64,000 nucleotides of DNA from the NCBI GenBank assembly GCA_002189035.1, contig CM007989.1, forward strand, positions 5,084,001 to 5,148,000, in the 5' to 3' direction. Under the pieces are notes generated by a model, which was not told the DNA's origin, ran no database searches, and worked only from the letters and a program-made list of their open reading frames with translations. The DNA is from Utricularia gibba (Eukaryota; Plantae; Magnoliophyta). Shown piece after piece: positions 1 to 12,122 of the stretch (its first letter is position 1; every line of letters starts with the position of its first letter). The translations under genes and the position numbers were made by a program.

Positions 1-239
1 GCATTAAACACCAAGATATTGATTAATAATAACAAATTTCGACCACAAATTTGGAAAACAGATAAATAACGTGCAGTGTCATGCAGGGCACCAAATCACA
101 AAACGAAATACATACCGATACAATGACAAGAGTTGAGTGTGAATTGGAGATGGGTATCATCGGGCTGCACAATCGCGAACAAAAATTAAGAATTGCTGGG
201 TTCAAAACCAATAGCTTTTATACATAATATATTTTGAAG

Positions 240-1399
240 TGATAAACGAAAAATTATGCAATGTCGTTAAATACAAATTTTCCTATCAAATAAATTTATA
301 ACCTAATTCACATTCAAGCATGAAACAATTATGAGCATAGTGATTATGGTCGAACACGAAGAACAAGTGCTTGCTATGTGAAAGTTGATGCATGAAACTA
401 GTGTCACGTTGGTAAAATTGGTCTTAGCTAGGACTAAGGCAGAACTAAAACGAAATACAGTAAAGAAAAGTAATAAGTTCTAGAGTTTGGTTGTTTCTAG
501 AATGGAATGGGTGATGCCTTGGGACTCCTAGGAGATGTATGCTCATTATTAAACAAACTCACACAAACCACAAATCATACAACTAACTCACAAGATCTAG
601 GTCTACCCGGATTCTTGTTTTTCCCCCTAATCTTTGGTCTACCTCTAATTAGGGTTATTAAGTTGGGTTTCACTACTTCCCCCTCCTGCATCTATCCTGG
701 TTTGTTAAGGAAGTGGCGTGACTCATGGCTGTTTAGATCTAAAGGTTGATTAACATGTTTCTCCCCTTTTTACCCCAAAGCACCCCCTTAAGTACTTAGC
801 CACTCATGCTTAAGATAAACGAAAGTGGAAAAGAAAACATCACCCACAGTGTGCTCATTTCACAGTCAAATACTAGAAAGCAAACAAGCAAGTAATATGA
901 AGTGTCAACAAAAACTGAAAAACGTCACTAGCTACTGTTAGCTAGGAGTAATGTTCTTCGAAGACAGAAAATAATCTTGAACTTTAGCTTCGTTCCTGTT
1001 TGTCTTCCTTCTTCTTCCTCCCCAGAAAACCTTCCCAGAAAATGTGTTCGTGAGCCTCCAAGGGGAGATCTACTTATCTCTCAATCTTTCCTCCCTTTTT
1101 GTCCAAAATCTTACTTTCTCCCCTCCTTGGACTTTGTGTGTACTCTTTTTCAGACTTGTGTCACCTTTCCTGCCACCACACTGTTTATACTCGGCTCCTT
1201 GGGATTTGTGTTGCGACCCATGCTACATTACTCGAAAGGAACTGTTAGAAGGTTGGGACTAAATCGTGCAACTAAGACTAAAAGTGCACTCCTACGGTAC
1301 TTATGTGCAAAAATATAGAAACAGACAATTAAGCTTAATTTTTGTAGCATAAAATGAGTAAATTCCATGCATTGAGCCACTAAAAAATATGTGTTATCA
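240..1399 (-). mobile_element. Athila-type (Ty3/gypsy) solo LTR, family A
   Basis: Begins TGATAAACG and ends GTGTTATCA, with perfect 5-bp TSD TGAAG (235-239 and 1400-1404). Homologous to 21732-22385, 34603-37190 and 61238-63609. Orientation is taken from the 34603 copy, which abuts an Athila PBS. Confidence 0.9.
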
Positions 1400-1980
1400 T
1401 GAAGTTAAGTATATTTATGCAACTTTATCTAAAAATCATCTAAACTCACCTGTTGTAAGCTTGCATACCAATCAAATAATAATAAACCAGTTACTATACA
1501 CATTTTCATGCATAAACTCATGGATCTAGGTTTAAAGATATCAAAATAATTAATATCTAGACTAAACTTTAACCTGCGAACCGAGCACTAGGTGGTATCA
1601 TTTGGTGTGCTTTTGTCTATCAACCTATTTTTTAAATTGTTGAAAGAAACGTTTTATTTTTTAATTGTTGAAAAAATCATGAACCGTTTATATGAGCGGT
1701 TCGTATGGTTCAATTGTGATTCAAATCGTCATTGAATAACTCTTTTTTTTTTAAAAAAAATATTTTAAAATTTTTTTAATAAAAAAATAAAATTTAAATA
1801 TTTGAACACAATCTAATTACGATTTGACTATCGTGATTTATTTTTTAATATTTCAAAATGGTTATCAAATCATTATCATGAATGATTTACGCTATATCGG
1901 TTCAACTGGGAGTTATGAACAAAACTACAGCTAGTTATATTATTCCTGCATTGCCTTCAAGTTCAGGGCGAATCTCAGAA

Positions 1981-3013
1981 TCATCCAGTTGGCCGAGCAG
2001 GGGAAGCAGGGATGAATTCTTTTGCCACTGGTGAATCAAAGAAGAGCAATCATGCCGTCGTTAGCTTACCAGTGACTCTGATAAACAAGTGCGGAACATA
2101 TGGTGATGCTGTTAATATACCTACCTTTTGATGTAGGTGGAACAACGACAACGTGCATGGTAGCGTTGTTGGGAGGTAGAGCCAAACGAAGAGGATGAAG
2201 CTTCCCATTTACAATGTTCCTTGAGCAGATGATCGCATCTTCAATCCCTGTTAGCTCCTCCAACTCCTGAGCTAGTTCCTCGAGTCTATGCCCTTTGAAC
2301 TGAAAACGAGGAGCCTGAGCTCTAGTCTCAACCTCGCCATTGTCCCCAGCCACGTAGTAGTAGATAAGCCTGCCCTCTAATTTCATCTGTACATCCTCGG
2401 ATCCTGGCTGTGAATCATACGAGGCATTTCAACAAAAACGCTGAATGCGGTGGAATGAAGAAGAAAAACGAAACTGAGATACCTGGCTGGGACTTCGAAG
2501 ATGAAAAGAAGAAGATGGATCATAATCGTCCAAGGAAGCGGCTCGCGAAACCTTGGGAGGCGATTCAGGGCGGGCCTCGACGACATCGATCTCCCATAAG
2601 ACCCAATTCTGATGCCGATGGGGAATATCGTGCGTCACAGAGTTTCTCCACGGCGGCAATCCTCCATTTGCTCGCAAATAATTACCGTACCGTGTTTTAA
2701 GGCGGACTTTGGGACCATCTCTGATGGGTTCCCACTCCACCGATGAATCCAATCTCCGGGGTACGTTTTGTTCGACTTTCCGGCCGGTGACGCCCAGAAG
2801 AAACTCCGCGTCGGAGGCTCTTAGGTATCGGCCGAAACAGCTCTTAAAACGCACCACGTTGTCCACGCCGTCCACAAATTCCAACGTCCACACCACCGAT
2901 TTGGAGGTCCCGCACCGGTCCTGGAGCACCGTCTCCTCATCGGAATCGGCGGTCAAATATTTGTCGTGGTGGCTCTTCAGCCTCACCGATTTCGCCCTCC
3001 TGAAAAATTCCAT
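1981..3013 (-). CDS. DUF569 / actin cross-linking (fascin-like) family protein, 3 exons (3013-2483, 2407-2125, 2027-1981), ~286 aa
   Basis: N-terminal MEFFRRAKSVRLKSHHDKYLTAD...VEWEP...VRLKTRYGNYLRANGGLPPWRNSVTHD and C-terminal EGRLIYY...KLHPLRLALPPNNATMHVVVV match plant DUF569 proteins. GT-AG introns 2482-2408 (75 bp) and 2124-2028 (97 bp) keep the frame to TGA at 1983-1981. The frame is open upstream to an ATG at 3184. Confidence 0.88.
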
Positions 3014-4313
3014 TCGACAAAACAAACCGTCATGTAACCTTACCCATCCCATCTTCTTTAACCGTTCCTTCTTCATATTTAAATTTGCAATTCCACCCCT
3101 CCGATGCACCCTCCCATTTTGTAAGATGCCCATCGACGGCTGTGTTTCTCCATAAACTGCAACTAAACGACAGACCCTAGACATCCCGTCGTTTCATGTG
3201 CACGTGTCGCAGGACGCCTTTAAAATAAATCCCCAAAATCATATTGCACGTCCTTCTCGAGTCTTGTTGTAAATGTGCGTACTGCCCTCCACTGCCAAGG
3301 AACTATTAAAATTATTCATTGGGGTGTCTCTCCAACCAATCTTTTCTTTAATTAAAAGATTCAAGTAATATAGTGTTTCGTCCATAAATTTTTAAAACAT
3401 ATTTACATAAAATGCAAAAGATTGTAAACTTTTTTTTTTAAATTTGAAAAATGATGTACTCTTCAAGTTCTAGAAGCTATTGAAAAGTAATGTTGTGTCT
3501 TTGTTGTAGTTAGCCGGGCAGCAAAATATGATGAACTTAGGATGAAACCTGCAATAAGGAGGTGAAAATATGGAAACAAAGACAAGCTTAGCATAGATAA
3601 AATATGTTTTATTGTGCATTCATCGCCTGATGGGGTACAAATAGGGAATAATCAGCCAATCTCTGAAAAGCTGCCAAAAGAGATCCTGAAGGGATAATGC
3701 CGGTCGATAGACTGATATATGTCAGATATGGCCATATGGCACAGTTTGAAAAGTGGCCGAATTACGGCATGACAAACGACTGATATCTGAAAAGCGAGAT
3801 CGCATTGCAGGAGCACAAGGCAGCCGACGTTTGCAGACACCAGGATTCGGTCAGGTCGAAATCTCCTATAAGTAGAAGAAACCACAACAGAGAGGTGATG
3901 AATGTTGGGAATGGGTTGCTAAGTGTCGCGGTTTAGCATATTCAACGCATCAAAAGATATTTATAAACTAAGCTAATCTACTACACAAATCACAAGAATT
4001 AATGTAGTGTGGAAGGCAAGGGTCGAATCCGCAGGGAATGGTTGTAATTTCCTGAAGTTTAACACATTTACTGGAAACAAGGGGGTTTTCTGGGATTTAA
4101 GTCTAATGCGGGTAAGACGTAAAATAACAGTTACTGGAATAAACGAGTTGCAGGGATGAAGAGGGACTGAAATTAACGTGAAGGTGCATAAAACATAAAA
4201 TAAAAGTAATTTGGCTGGGTTTTACACTAGGGTCTAGCTCTTGTGTCACTCAAGAGAGCCCTTAGGCTTAAACCCAGCTTGGAACGCTTGAAAACAGAGT
4301 AATAGTTTGCAGA

Positions 4314-6463
4314 AAAAATACGATCTTGCCTTTGGCAAGTCGAGTCATGCCAATGTTCATGAGAAAAGACAAGTCTATGGGGAGATGTGGGGGTCCAATG
4401 TGCAGATTTGCATTTTCTAAAATGTCAGGACCAAATTCCTTCAGAGCCAAATAAGAAATCCAATTGCCAAACCGCAAAGTTAAAACGCGATTTCTATTCC
4501 CTACTTCCTTCTTCATCAGATCAGCCAGTAAAGCACCAACATTCAAGGGCCTTTTCATCATTAAGCTCCACAAAATAAAAGTTTCATTTTTAAACAGAGA
4601 ATTGAAGGCACGCTGATGCTGGAAAAAGGAAGCAGAAAGCAAAACATGAATAACCCTCCACACAGGGTCTACTATCAAGCTGGCCTTATTTCCTTTCTGC
4701 TTAAAAATAACTTCACACTGCCCAGTCAATTGTTCATACACTTCATGCTCATCAAAGTAGTCTATTCCAGGAAAATCAAACATAGAGGTTTGGAAAGCAG
4801 TGGAATTCACATCATCCTCAGAAACCAATCCTAAGGCTTGATTCCAATCGGCTAAAGAGTAGGCAAACCATTTTCCAAACAATCTAAACCGAAGAATACC
4901 AGGGGCAAAGACAGTTTTGGGCACATCATACACAAATGTCGTGAAAAATTCATAACACAATTCAGCACAGGCAGGCAGCTTGTTCTGGAAAATATGAAGG
5001 AATTATGTACCTGCCAACCGTTTGTTTACCTCCTACTCAATGCCAAGATGTTGTAGTGTTTCGGTGTCAAGGTAGCGCACCGTTTCTGGCCCTGCTCCAA
5101 AAATTGTATCCAGCTTTTCTTTGTGGGCCCTACTGCTGAACCGGAGGTATTCTGTAAAAATTTCTGTGTCCTCCTTAGTGAAAAATGCGCGCCCTCCGCT
5201 AGTCATTCTTCTTGAACAGTCTTCCAACTCTGCCATGGTGATCTCCCTATCTGCAAAAATAGTGGAGCCAATAGGGGTTCAATCATTTTCTCTTTACCTT
5301 TTCCCTCCTTGCGTTGTTTCGCTTTTCCTCCCTTCTGCGTTTTTCCGGTCTCCTTCTCCTCTCGTGGCCGTTTCTTTGGTTGTTCCTTGCGGACAGTGGC
5401 ACCCTCCTCTCTGGCTGTCTCGATGGTTGTTGGTGTTTGTTCAGAACTCTTCCTTGCTGGAGGCTTCTTGCTTGTGGCCATGTCCTATTTATTGGCAGTT
5501 GCTGCCTCTCTTGTTGGCTAAGGGGGTACCTGGGTAGGGGCAGGAACCTTTTCTGGTTCCTTATGCTTGCTTGCTTCAGCCATATTTGTCTTTGTATTGG
5601 CATCTACTGCTGCCCTGGTTGGCTCAGAAGGTGTTGACAAAGGCGCAGGGGCCTTTTCTGGGACCTTATCCTTGTGTGTTGCTGCCGTGCCCTTCTTCTT
5701 GCCGGCAGCATTTTCCTCCTCCCACTGTTTGGCTGCCAAATTATCTTCATCTGCTCTCTGCTTGCGCGTTCTGTAGGTCCGATGAGTCACACATTGCTTG
5801 ACTCTGCTACGCTTGCCCTCAACAGGTCTTACCGTGGTATTCCCTGCTGAAGCAGTGTCTTTTGGTGCAGCGGCAAGGGCAGATTTGGGGATACCCCTCT
5901 CCGGGGGGTCTGAAATTTCCTGGTCCTCAAGGAAATCCGCATAGATAGGGTCGGGTGTAAGCGGGGGCCCAGGGGTGAAGCGCACCGGTGGTGGAGTAGT
6001 AGCAGAAATAGTAACCACCGGAGCTGGGGAAGGGGTGCGGTTGTTGGCGGGCGGTGCTGCGGTAGAAGGACAAGGCGTACCTAGTGTAAGAGAAAAATCA
6101 ACGGAACCCACCAGATTTTCGGGCGGAGACGTAGGCTTCGGTGAGGGCGTAATGGTAATAGGTTCGGGTTGCAGCACTGGTGTGGGCAGAGAGGTGCTTG
6201 AGGCGAGTGTGTGAAGATGGGCGACGTGTAAGCCTAGCAGCAACTGCAAAATGTCGGCTTCCACCTGTGCAGCGAGCAGCATTTTGTTGGGAGAGGGCCT
6301 AGGGCGCGCGGCAGAGGGTACGGTAACAGAGTGAGGGAAAAACTGAATAGTGCGCGGCAAGACAGAGGATGGATTGGTGGTTACGAAGGCTGCTGGAATA
6401 GATGGGTGGTCAAGGGTGGCCGGCGGCACGGCGGTGGAATCAGAGGATGGGAAGTTCGCCATG
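4314..6463 (-). pseudogene. C1 3' extra ORF (Athila ORF2/env-like), disrupted
   Basis: ORFs 5518-6624, 5203-5481, 5033-5236 and 4268-4960 are pieces of the frame seen at 44381-42132 in C2. The 3' end is lost in the deletion at ~4315. Confidence 0.8.
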
Positions 6464-6824
6464 GAAGGGATGCAACGGTTCTGTGAAAAGAGGTAAGGGG
6501 TGCGAAAAAGGGAAAGTAGCTGTTGGGAAGAAGGGTTCCCACTCTTTTTAAATTGAACCCACTGGGCCTGTGTGACTAAAAAAATATAAAGAAAAGAATT
6601 GCAACTACACAGGAGATGGGCCATGGCATCAAAAACTAATAGTGGGGTAGAAAAACCAAAAAGATAACAGATTGCAACCGTACAAAAAAAGAATGCCTAA
6701 CTAAAAGTCAAAAAATAATAATGCATAAAGGAAATAAAAGTAGAAAATACTAGTTACCTCCCAGCGAGGACCCTAGAATAAGTCTTAGGGTAAGACTTAA
6801 GTGCAGAATCACTTAGAGGGGAAT

Positions 6825-9800
6825 TTAAGTGAATGCCACAGCATCCACAGGGTGTCCCACTTCATCAATCATGAGCTCATGGAACCCTTTCAATCTGTGA
6901 CCATTCACAGTAAATGAGCTAAGCATGTCTCTATCAAACAACTCAATGGAACCGTTAGGATTTACATGTTTAATCACAAAAGGTCCTTCCCAACGAGATT
7001 TCAGTTTACCTAGGTGAAGTTTGAGTTTAGACTGAAATAATAATACCTTTTGTCCAGGTTCAAAGTGCTTTCGCAAGATCTGACGGTCATGGAACTGCTT
7101 CGTGCGTTCCTTGAAGATTTTAGAATTCATATAGGCCTTATGTCTTAGCTCATCAAGCTCTGAAAGTTGGAGCTTTCTCAAGTCACCACTGCCTTGAATC
7201 TCCAAGTTCACTCGCTGGATCGCCCATCTTGCCTTCTGCTCTAATTCAATGGGCAATGGCAATGTTTACCATATACAAGACGAAAAGGAGACATACCGAT
7301 GGGGGTTTTGAAGGCTGTGCAAATTGCCCACAAGGTGTCATTCAACTTGGAGCTCCAGTCCTTGCGAGAAGAAGTCACAGTCTTTTCCAGAATTTGCTTG
7401 ATCTCCCGATTAGAAACTTCTGCCTGCCCATTGGTCTGAGGGTGGTAAGAATTAGATGGCTTGTACCAGACTCCATAGCTTTTTCGCAATCTCTCCATAG
7501 CCTTGTTAAAGAAATGGCTTCCACGATCACTGATCAAGGCTTTGGGTGTTCCAAACCTCACAAAGATGTTATTCTTCAGAAAACGTATGACTGAATGAGT
7601 ATCTTGTGACTTGGTGGGAATTGCCTCTATCCACTTTGAAACATAGTCCACTGCCACCAGAATGTACTCATAGCCATCAGAGTTTGGAAAGGGGCCCATG
7701 AAGTCTATTCCCCACACATCGAACACTTCTGGAACCACAATTGGCTGCATTGGTATTTCATGCCGGTTTGAGATATTCCCTGTTCTCTAGCAGTTCTCGC
7801 AGCTCTTACAGTAAGACTTGGCATCTTTGAAAACTGTTGGCCAATAATAACCACAATCCAGCACCTTCTTGGCACTACGGTTAGGACCATGGTGCCCTCC
7901 ACAAGGAGATGCATGACAGAATGCCAACACTTGCTGAATATCATCTTCATTCAAGCAGCGTCGCACAACACCATCAGCACAATTTTTCCATAGATAGGGG
8001 TCATCCCAGAAATAGTGCTTACTCTCACTCTTCAACTTCAGCTTCTCATAACTCTTTAAATCCAAAGCCATCTCTCTAGTGCACAGGTAATTGGCTATGT
8101 CAGCATACCATGGTTCACTAGTCTTACCTGCATCAGCTTTAATTGTGCAGAGTTGTTCATCTGGAAATTCTTCAACAATTGGAACACCATCCATGGGTTG
8201 CTCGATTCTGCTAAGATGATCTGCAACTTCATTGAGCTTCCCAGGCTTATCCCTTATTTCCACATTGAACTCTTGCAGCAATAAGACCCACCTCATAAGC
8301 CTTGGTTTGGTCTCCTTCTTAGACATGAGGTGTTTGATGGCAGCATGGTCTGTATGCACAATCACTTTGTTACCCAACAAATAGCTTCTGAACTTCTCTA
8401 AGGCAAATACAACAGCTAGCATTGTGACAGAAGAGCTAATTCCAATTATATCATCCAGCGTCCAGCCAATAGCCTTGCTGTTAGCCTTGAGAACGTCCAT
8501 CAACTTCGTCTCTTCTTCATAAGAAAGATCAGCACTAATAATCATTGGCTTTGAATTGTCACCAATAAATGCATACTTGAGATGTGAAGGCAAGGGTTTC
8601 AATTCTGGTGATGCAACACTAGTCACCTCTCCAAGCTTCACCAAGTCTTTATCTTCAATGAAACATTCCAGAATTACATGCTCAGCTTCCTCCTCTTAGA
8701 GTTCAACATCTTGTCTAAACAATTGAAGAATATCATGCTGCTCTTCATCAAAAACTTCCTCTACTAATTCATCAACGACATCAACTCCAGTCACAGGTGC
8801 AAAATCATCAGGGAACTTTTCAGTTTCATTGGTCTTAAAGATAGAAATATCATCAGCATAACCAATAGTAATGGCTCCTTTCCTACAATCAATTTGAGCA
8901 TTTGCAGTAGCTAGGAAAGGGCGTCCAAGAATCAAAGTATTATCATTCACCCTAGCTGGAGGCATTTTAACAACAACAAAATCGCAAGGATACAGGTGTT
9001 AGAAACTCTAACAAGAACATCTTCAGCAATACCCTCTGGAATGGCCACGAATCTGGTTGCAAGTTGTAATTTCAAGTTGGTTGACCTGAGGGGTTCCAAA
9101 TCCAATGCCAAATAAACTTCATAAGGCATCATGTTGATTGAAGCGCCTTGATCTGCCATTGCCCTGCTGATGAATTTAGTTCCTACCTGGATAGGAACAA
9201 AAAATGTTCCAGGGTCTGAACATTTTTCTGGCATCGGTTGGGTTAGGTATGCGGAGACTTGAGCACTGACTTTGATCACGTCCTCATCCTTGCTTTTCCT
9301 CTTCGAACTACACAAGTCCTTCAATACTTTCATCCCTTTCGGCACTTGCCTTAAATAATCTACAGCCTTCATGGTGATCATTGCAGAGTCCAAGGCTGAA
9401 ATGATAGAGTCCTTTTCTTCTTTCCTTGCTCGAGCTTGCAATCTTCCAGGAAAAGGAGGCGTCTTCTTGATCTCAACAACAGGTTCCCCTGCTGCCTTTT
9501 CATGCTGCACCTTATCCTCAGAATTAATTTGAATCCCTTCTGCTGCTTTGCTGTGGCTTATAGGGGCTTTTCGGTCAGGGAGCTGCTTTCCCCCACAAAG
9601 TTCTATAGCAGAAATGTTGGCCTTCGGATTAGCATTTGGCTGAGATGGTAATTTCCCTGAGTTTCCTTTCAGTTCAGCGAGCTCTGTAGCAAGTTGGCCA
9701 ATTTGCCTCTCAAGACTCTTCATCATCTTCTCAGATTCAACATCCCTTTTGGCCTGTTCAGCATCACGTCTGGCCATGTTTTCCAGCATCATCTTCATCA

Positions 9801-10582
9801 TTTCTTCGGTGGAAGGAGGTGGTTTAACACCTGAAGTGCTTGGCTGGTCGACTCTTTGATGTGGGGGTTGATAAGGCCTGTTTTGATACCTATTCCCTTG
9901 CTAAACACTCTGTCCTTGTTGAAACGAAATTGGTGGAGCTGCTTGCTGCTGCTGTTGAGTGAATCCCAGATGTTGTGGATTCTCCACGTGGGTGCTTCTC
10001 CAGCTAAAATTGGGATGATTCCTCATAGGCTCAAATCGCTGGTCATTTTTGGGCTTGAAATAATCCGCTCTATTATTCATGTACCCATTGCACTTGCTTT
10101 AATCTATCGAATCCATGGTGTGGACAGCTCGAAAGAAGAGTTGTGAACCTGTCCCAATTTTGCTGAAAATATTCTCAAATTTGCTTTGAATTTCATATGC
10201 TCTCGAGGTAGGAAAAAATTGATTTAAAAATGCTTTCTTCATTTCCATACAGCTTCTAATACTTCTAGGTTCAAGTGTATTGAACCACATCTTGGCATGT
10301 CCTTCAAGAGTAAATTGGAAGACTCTGAGTAGTAAATCATCCTCAGTCACGTCCTTGGGTTGCAGCAAAGCTCCAACAGCAATACAATCATCAATATACA
10401 TATGAGGATCCTCATTCTTGTTCCCATAATACTTAGGAAACAGAGCAAGAGTTCCTGGCCTCAACTCCAAATTAATTGCTGCTGTAGGAAAGGTAATGCA
10501 GTGCCCTCGGTATGTATGATCTGGTGACTCATACTCTCAAATAGTCTTCTCCAAAATATTCACAAGTTGTTGGTTATTTGGT
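6825..10582 (-). pseudogene. C1 gag-protease-(RT deleted)-RNaseH-integrase remnant
   Basis: Gag MELRPGTLALFPKYYG...WFNTLEP, protease MADQGASINMM, RNase [15 protein letters not shown], integrase H-H-C-C and [10 protein letters not shown]...[17 protein letters not shown]. Contains stops, frameshifts and deletions. Confidence 0.9.
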
Positions 10583-10585
10583 CAG

Positions 10586-10710
10586 GACAGACGACTGATA
10601 TCTGAAAAGCGAGATCGCATTGCAGGAGCACAAGGTAGCCGACGTTTGCAGACACCAGGATTCGGTCAGGTCGAAATCTCCTATAAGTAGAAGAAACCAC
10701 AACAGAGAGG
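10586..10710 (+). repeat. 125-bp copy of the Tat-LTR target flank (3771-3895) inside C1
   Basis: GACAGACGACTGATATCTG...ACCACAACAGAGAGG repeats 3771-3895 and is followed by the C LTR exactly as at 3896. Confidence 0.92.
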
Positions 10711-12122
10711 TGATGAACGTTGGGAATGGGTTGCTAAGTGTCGCGGTTTAGCATATTCAACGCATCAAAAGATATTTATAAACCATGCTAATCTACTACA
10801 CGAATCACAAGAATTAATGTAGTGTGGCAAGCAAGGGTCGAATCCGCAAGGAATGGTTGTAATTTCCTGAAGTTTAACACATTTACTGGAAACAAGGGGG
10901 TTTTCTGGATTTAAGTCTAATGCGGGTAAGACGTAAAATAACAGTTACTGGAATAAACGAGTTGCAGGGATGAAGAGGGACTGAAATTAACGTGAAGGTG
11001 CATAAAACATAAAATAAAAGTAATTTGGCTGGGTTTTACACCAGGGTCTAGCTCTTGTGTCACTCAAGAGAGCCCTTAGGCTTAAACCCAGCTTGGAACG
11101 CTTGAAAACAGAGTAATAGTTTGCAGAAACAGAGCATGGTTCGCAGGAACAGTAAAAGCACGTTAAACTTAAAGGCAAACATGAAAGGCTTAGTCAAGAA
11201 CATGATTTAACGCATAAATAAGGTCTACAAAGGCTCTATCGTTCGCGACAAGGTGCAAGAACATAACAGAAAGCATGTAAACGTTGAAGGAAACAGTAGC
11301 TAGTTGTTAACGAAATAGAAGTGCAGAAAATAGAAAAAGAAGTGTCTAGTGGTTGCTCTCGGTCGTAGATCTGCTGGAAATCAAGTTTCTGGGCGGAAAG
11401 ACGGTGTACACGTAGATTTGGAGGTCGCCGGAGACGTTCGCCGGAGAAACGGAGTTCTCCTTGCTCCCGCTCGCTCCTATTCACTGCCTGTGCACTCTGC
11501 GTGCACAGTGTACTCTCTCTCTTCTCTCCCTTCCTTTTCCCTTTTGCAGCTCAAAATTAAGGGTAGCTTTGTCTTTTCCTCAGGCTTCTAGAAGGGAGAT
11601 CTCTGCTCCATATCTTATCTCTTCAGAAGGGCGGCTACTTTCGGCGGAAAGTAGCTTTTGCACAGCTTTTCTTTCCCTTCTGACTTGTCAACGCGGAAAG
11701 TGCGCTACTACAGTACTAGCTCTTACCTTGGTAAGACGTAAAATATAGACTGGACAAAATATTAGAGTTTTCGGCTCAATTGTTGCCAATTGAGCCTGTT
11801 TTCACAATAAACACATTTTAGCAAACTAAATACGCAAAAGAAGATAATTTAGCATACTAAACATTTATCCCTACAAAACATGCTTAAAAACATATATAAA
11901 AACATAATAAAAATGGTGTTATCAAGAGGTTGGTTGGACTCAAAAGATTTCTTCAATTTGTATTCTCCTCTTCGTAACCTCCATCTAGTGAAGCTCTTTT
12001 CCAGCGAGCTCTGGCAGCTTTGTGGTTTTTCCACTTTCCGGCGGTTTCCACGTAAAAAATCCTTGCTCACTCTTATTTCAATCAAGCCAACCATGAATAA
12101 CGTGACTAAAGTCAATCACTAA

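Larger units (their letters stand above)
3896..11924 (-). mobile_element. Athila-type element C1 (rearranged, multiply deleted)
   Basis: TG at 3896 and CA at 11924 with TSD AGAGG (3891-3895 and 11925-11929). Full right LTR 10711-11924; left LTR truncated at ~4315. The interior is collinear with C2 (39909-51424) apart from deletions. Confidence 0.9.

Noticed and set aside
507-1318. ORFs inside LTR A (507-749, 977-1318) and their counterparts at 21915-22112 and 34847-35083
   Set aside because: The similar peptides only reflect LTR homology; lengths and frames are not conserved.
1600-1930. AT-rich tract with short inverted repeats (GAACCG/CGGTTC, TCAAATCGT/ACGATTTGA)
   Set aside because: Possibly a MITE relic, but no TIR pair or TSD could be defined.
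2709-3155. 148-aa plus-strand ORF opposite DUF569
   Set aside because: Antisense shadow of a GC-rich exon.
5121-6214. Several plus-strand ORFs (for example 5121-5537, 5314-5637, 5975-6214; also 43162-43720)
   Set aside because: Antisense shadows of the stop-poor Pro/Lys-rich ORF2, with no recognisable domain or independent signals.
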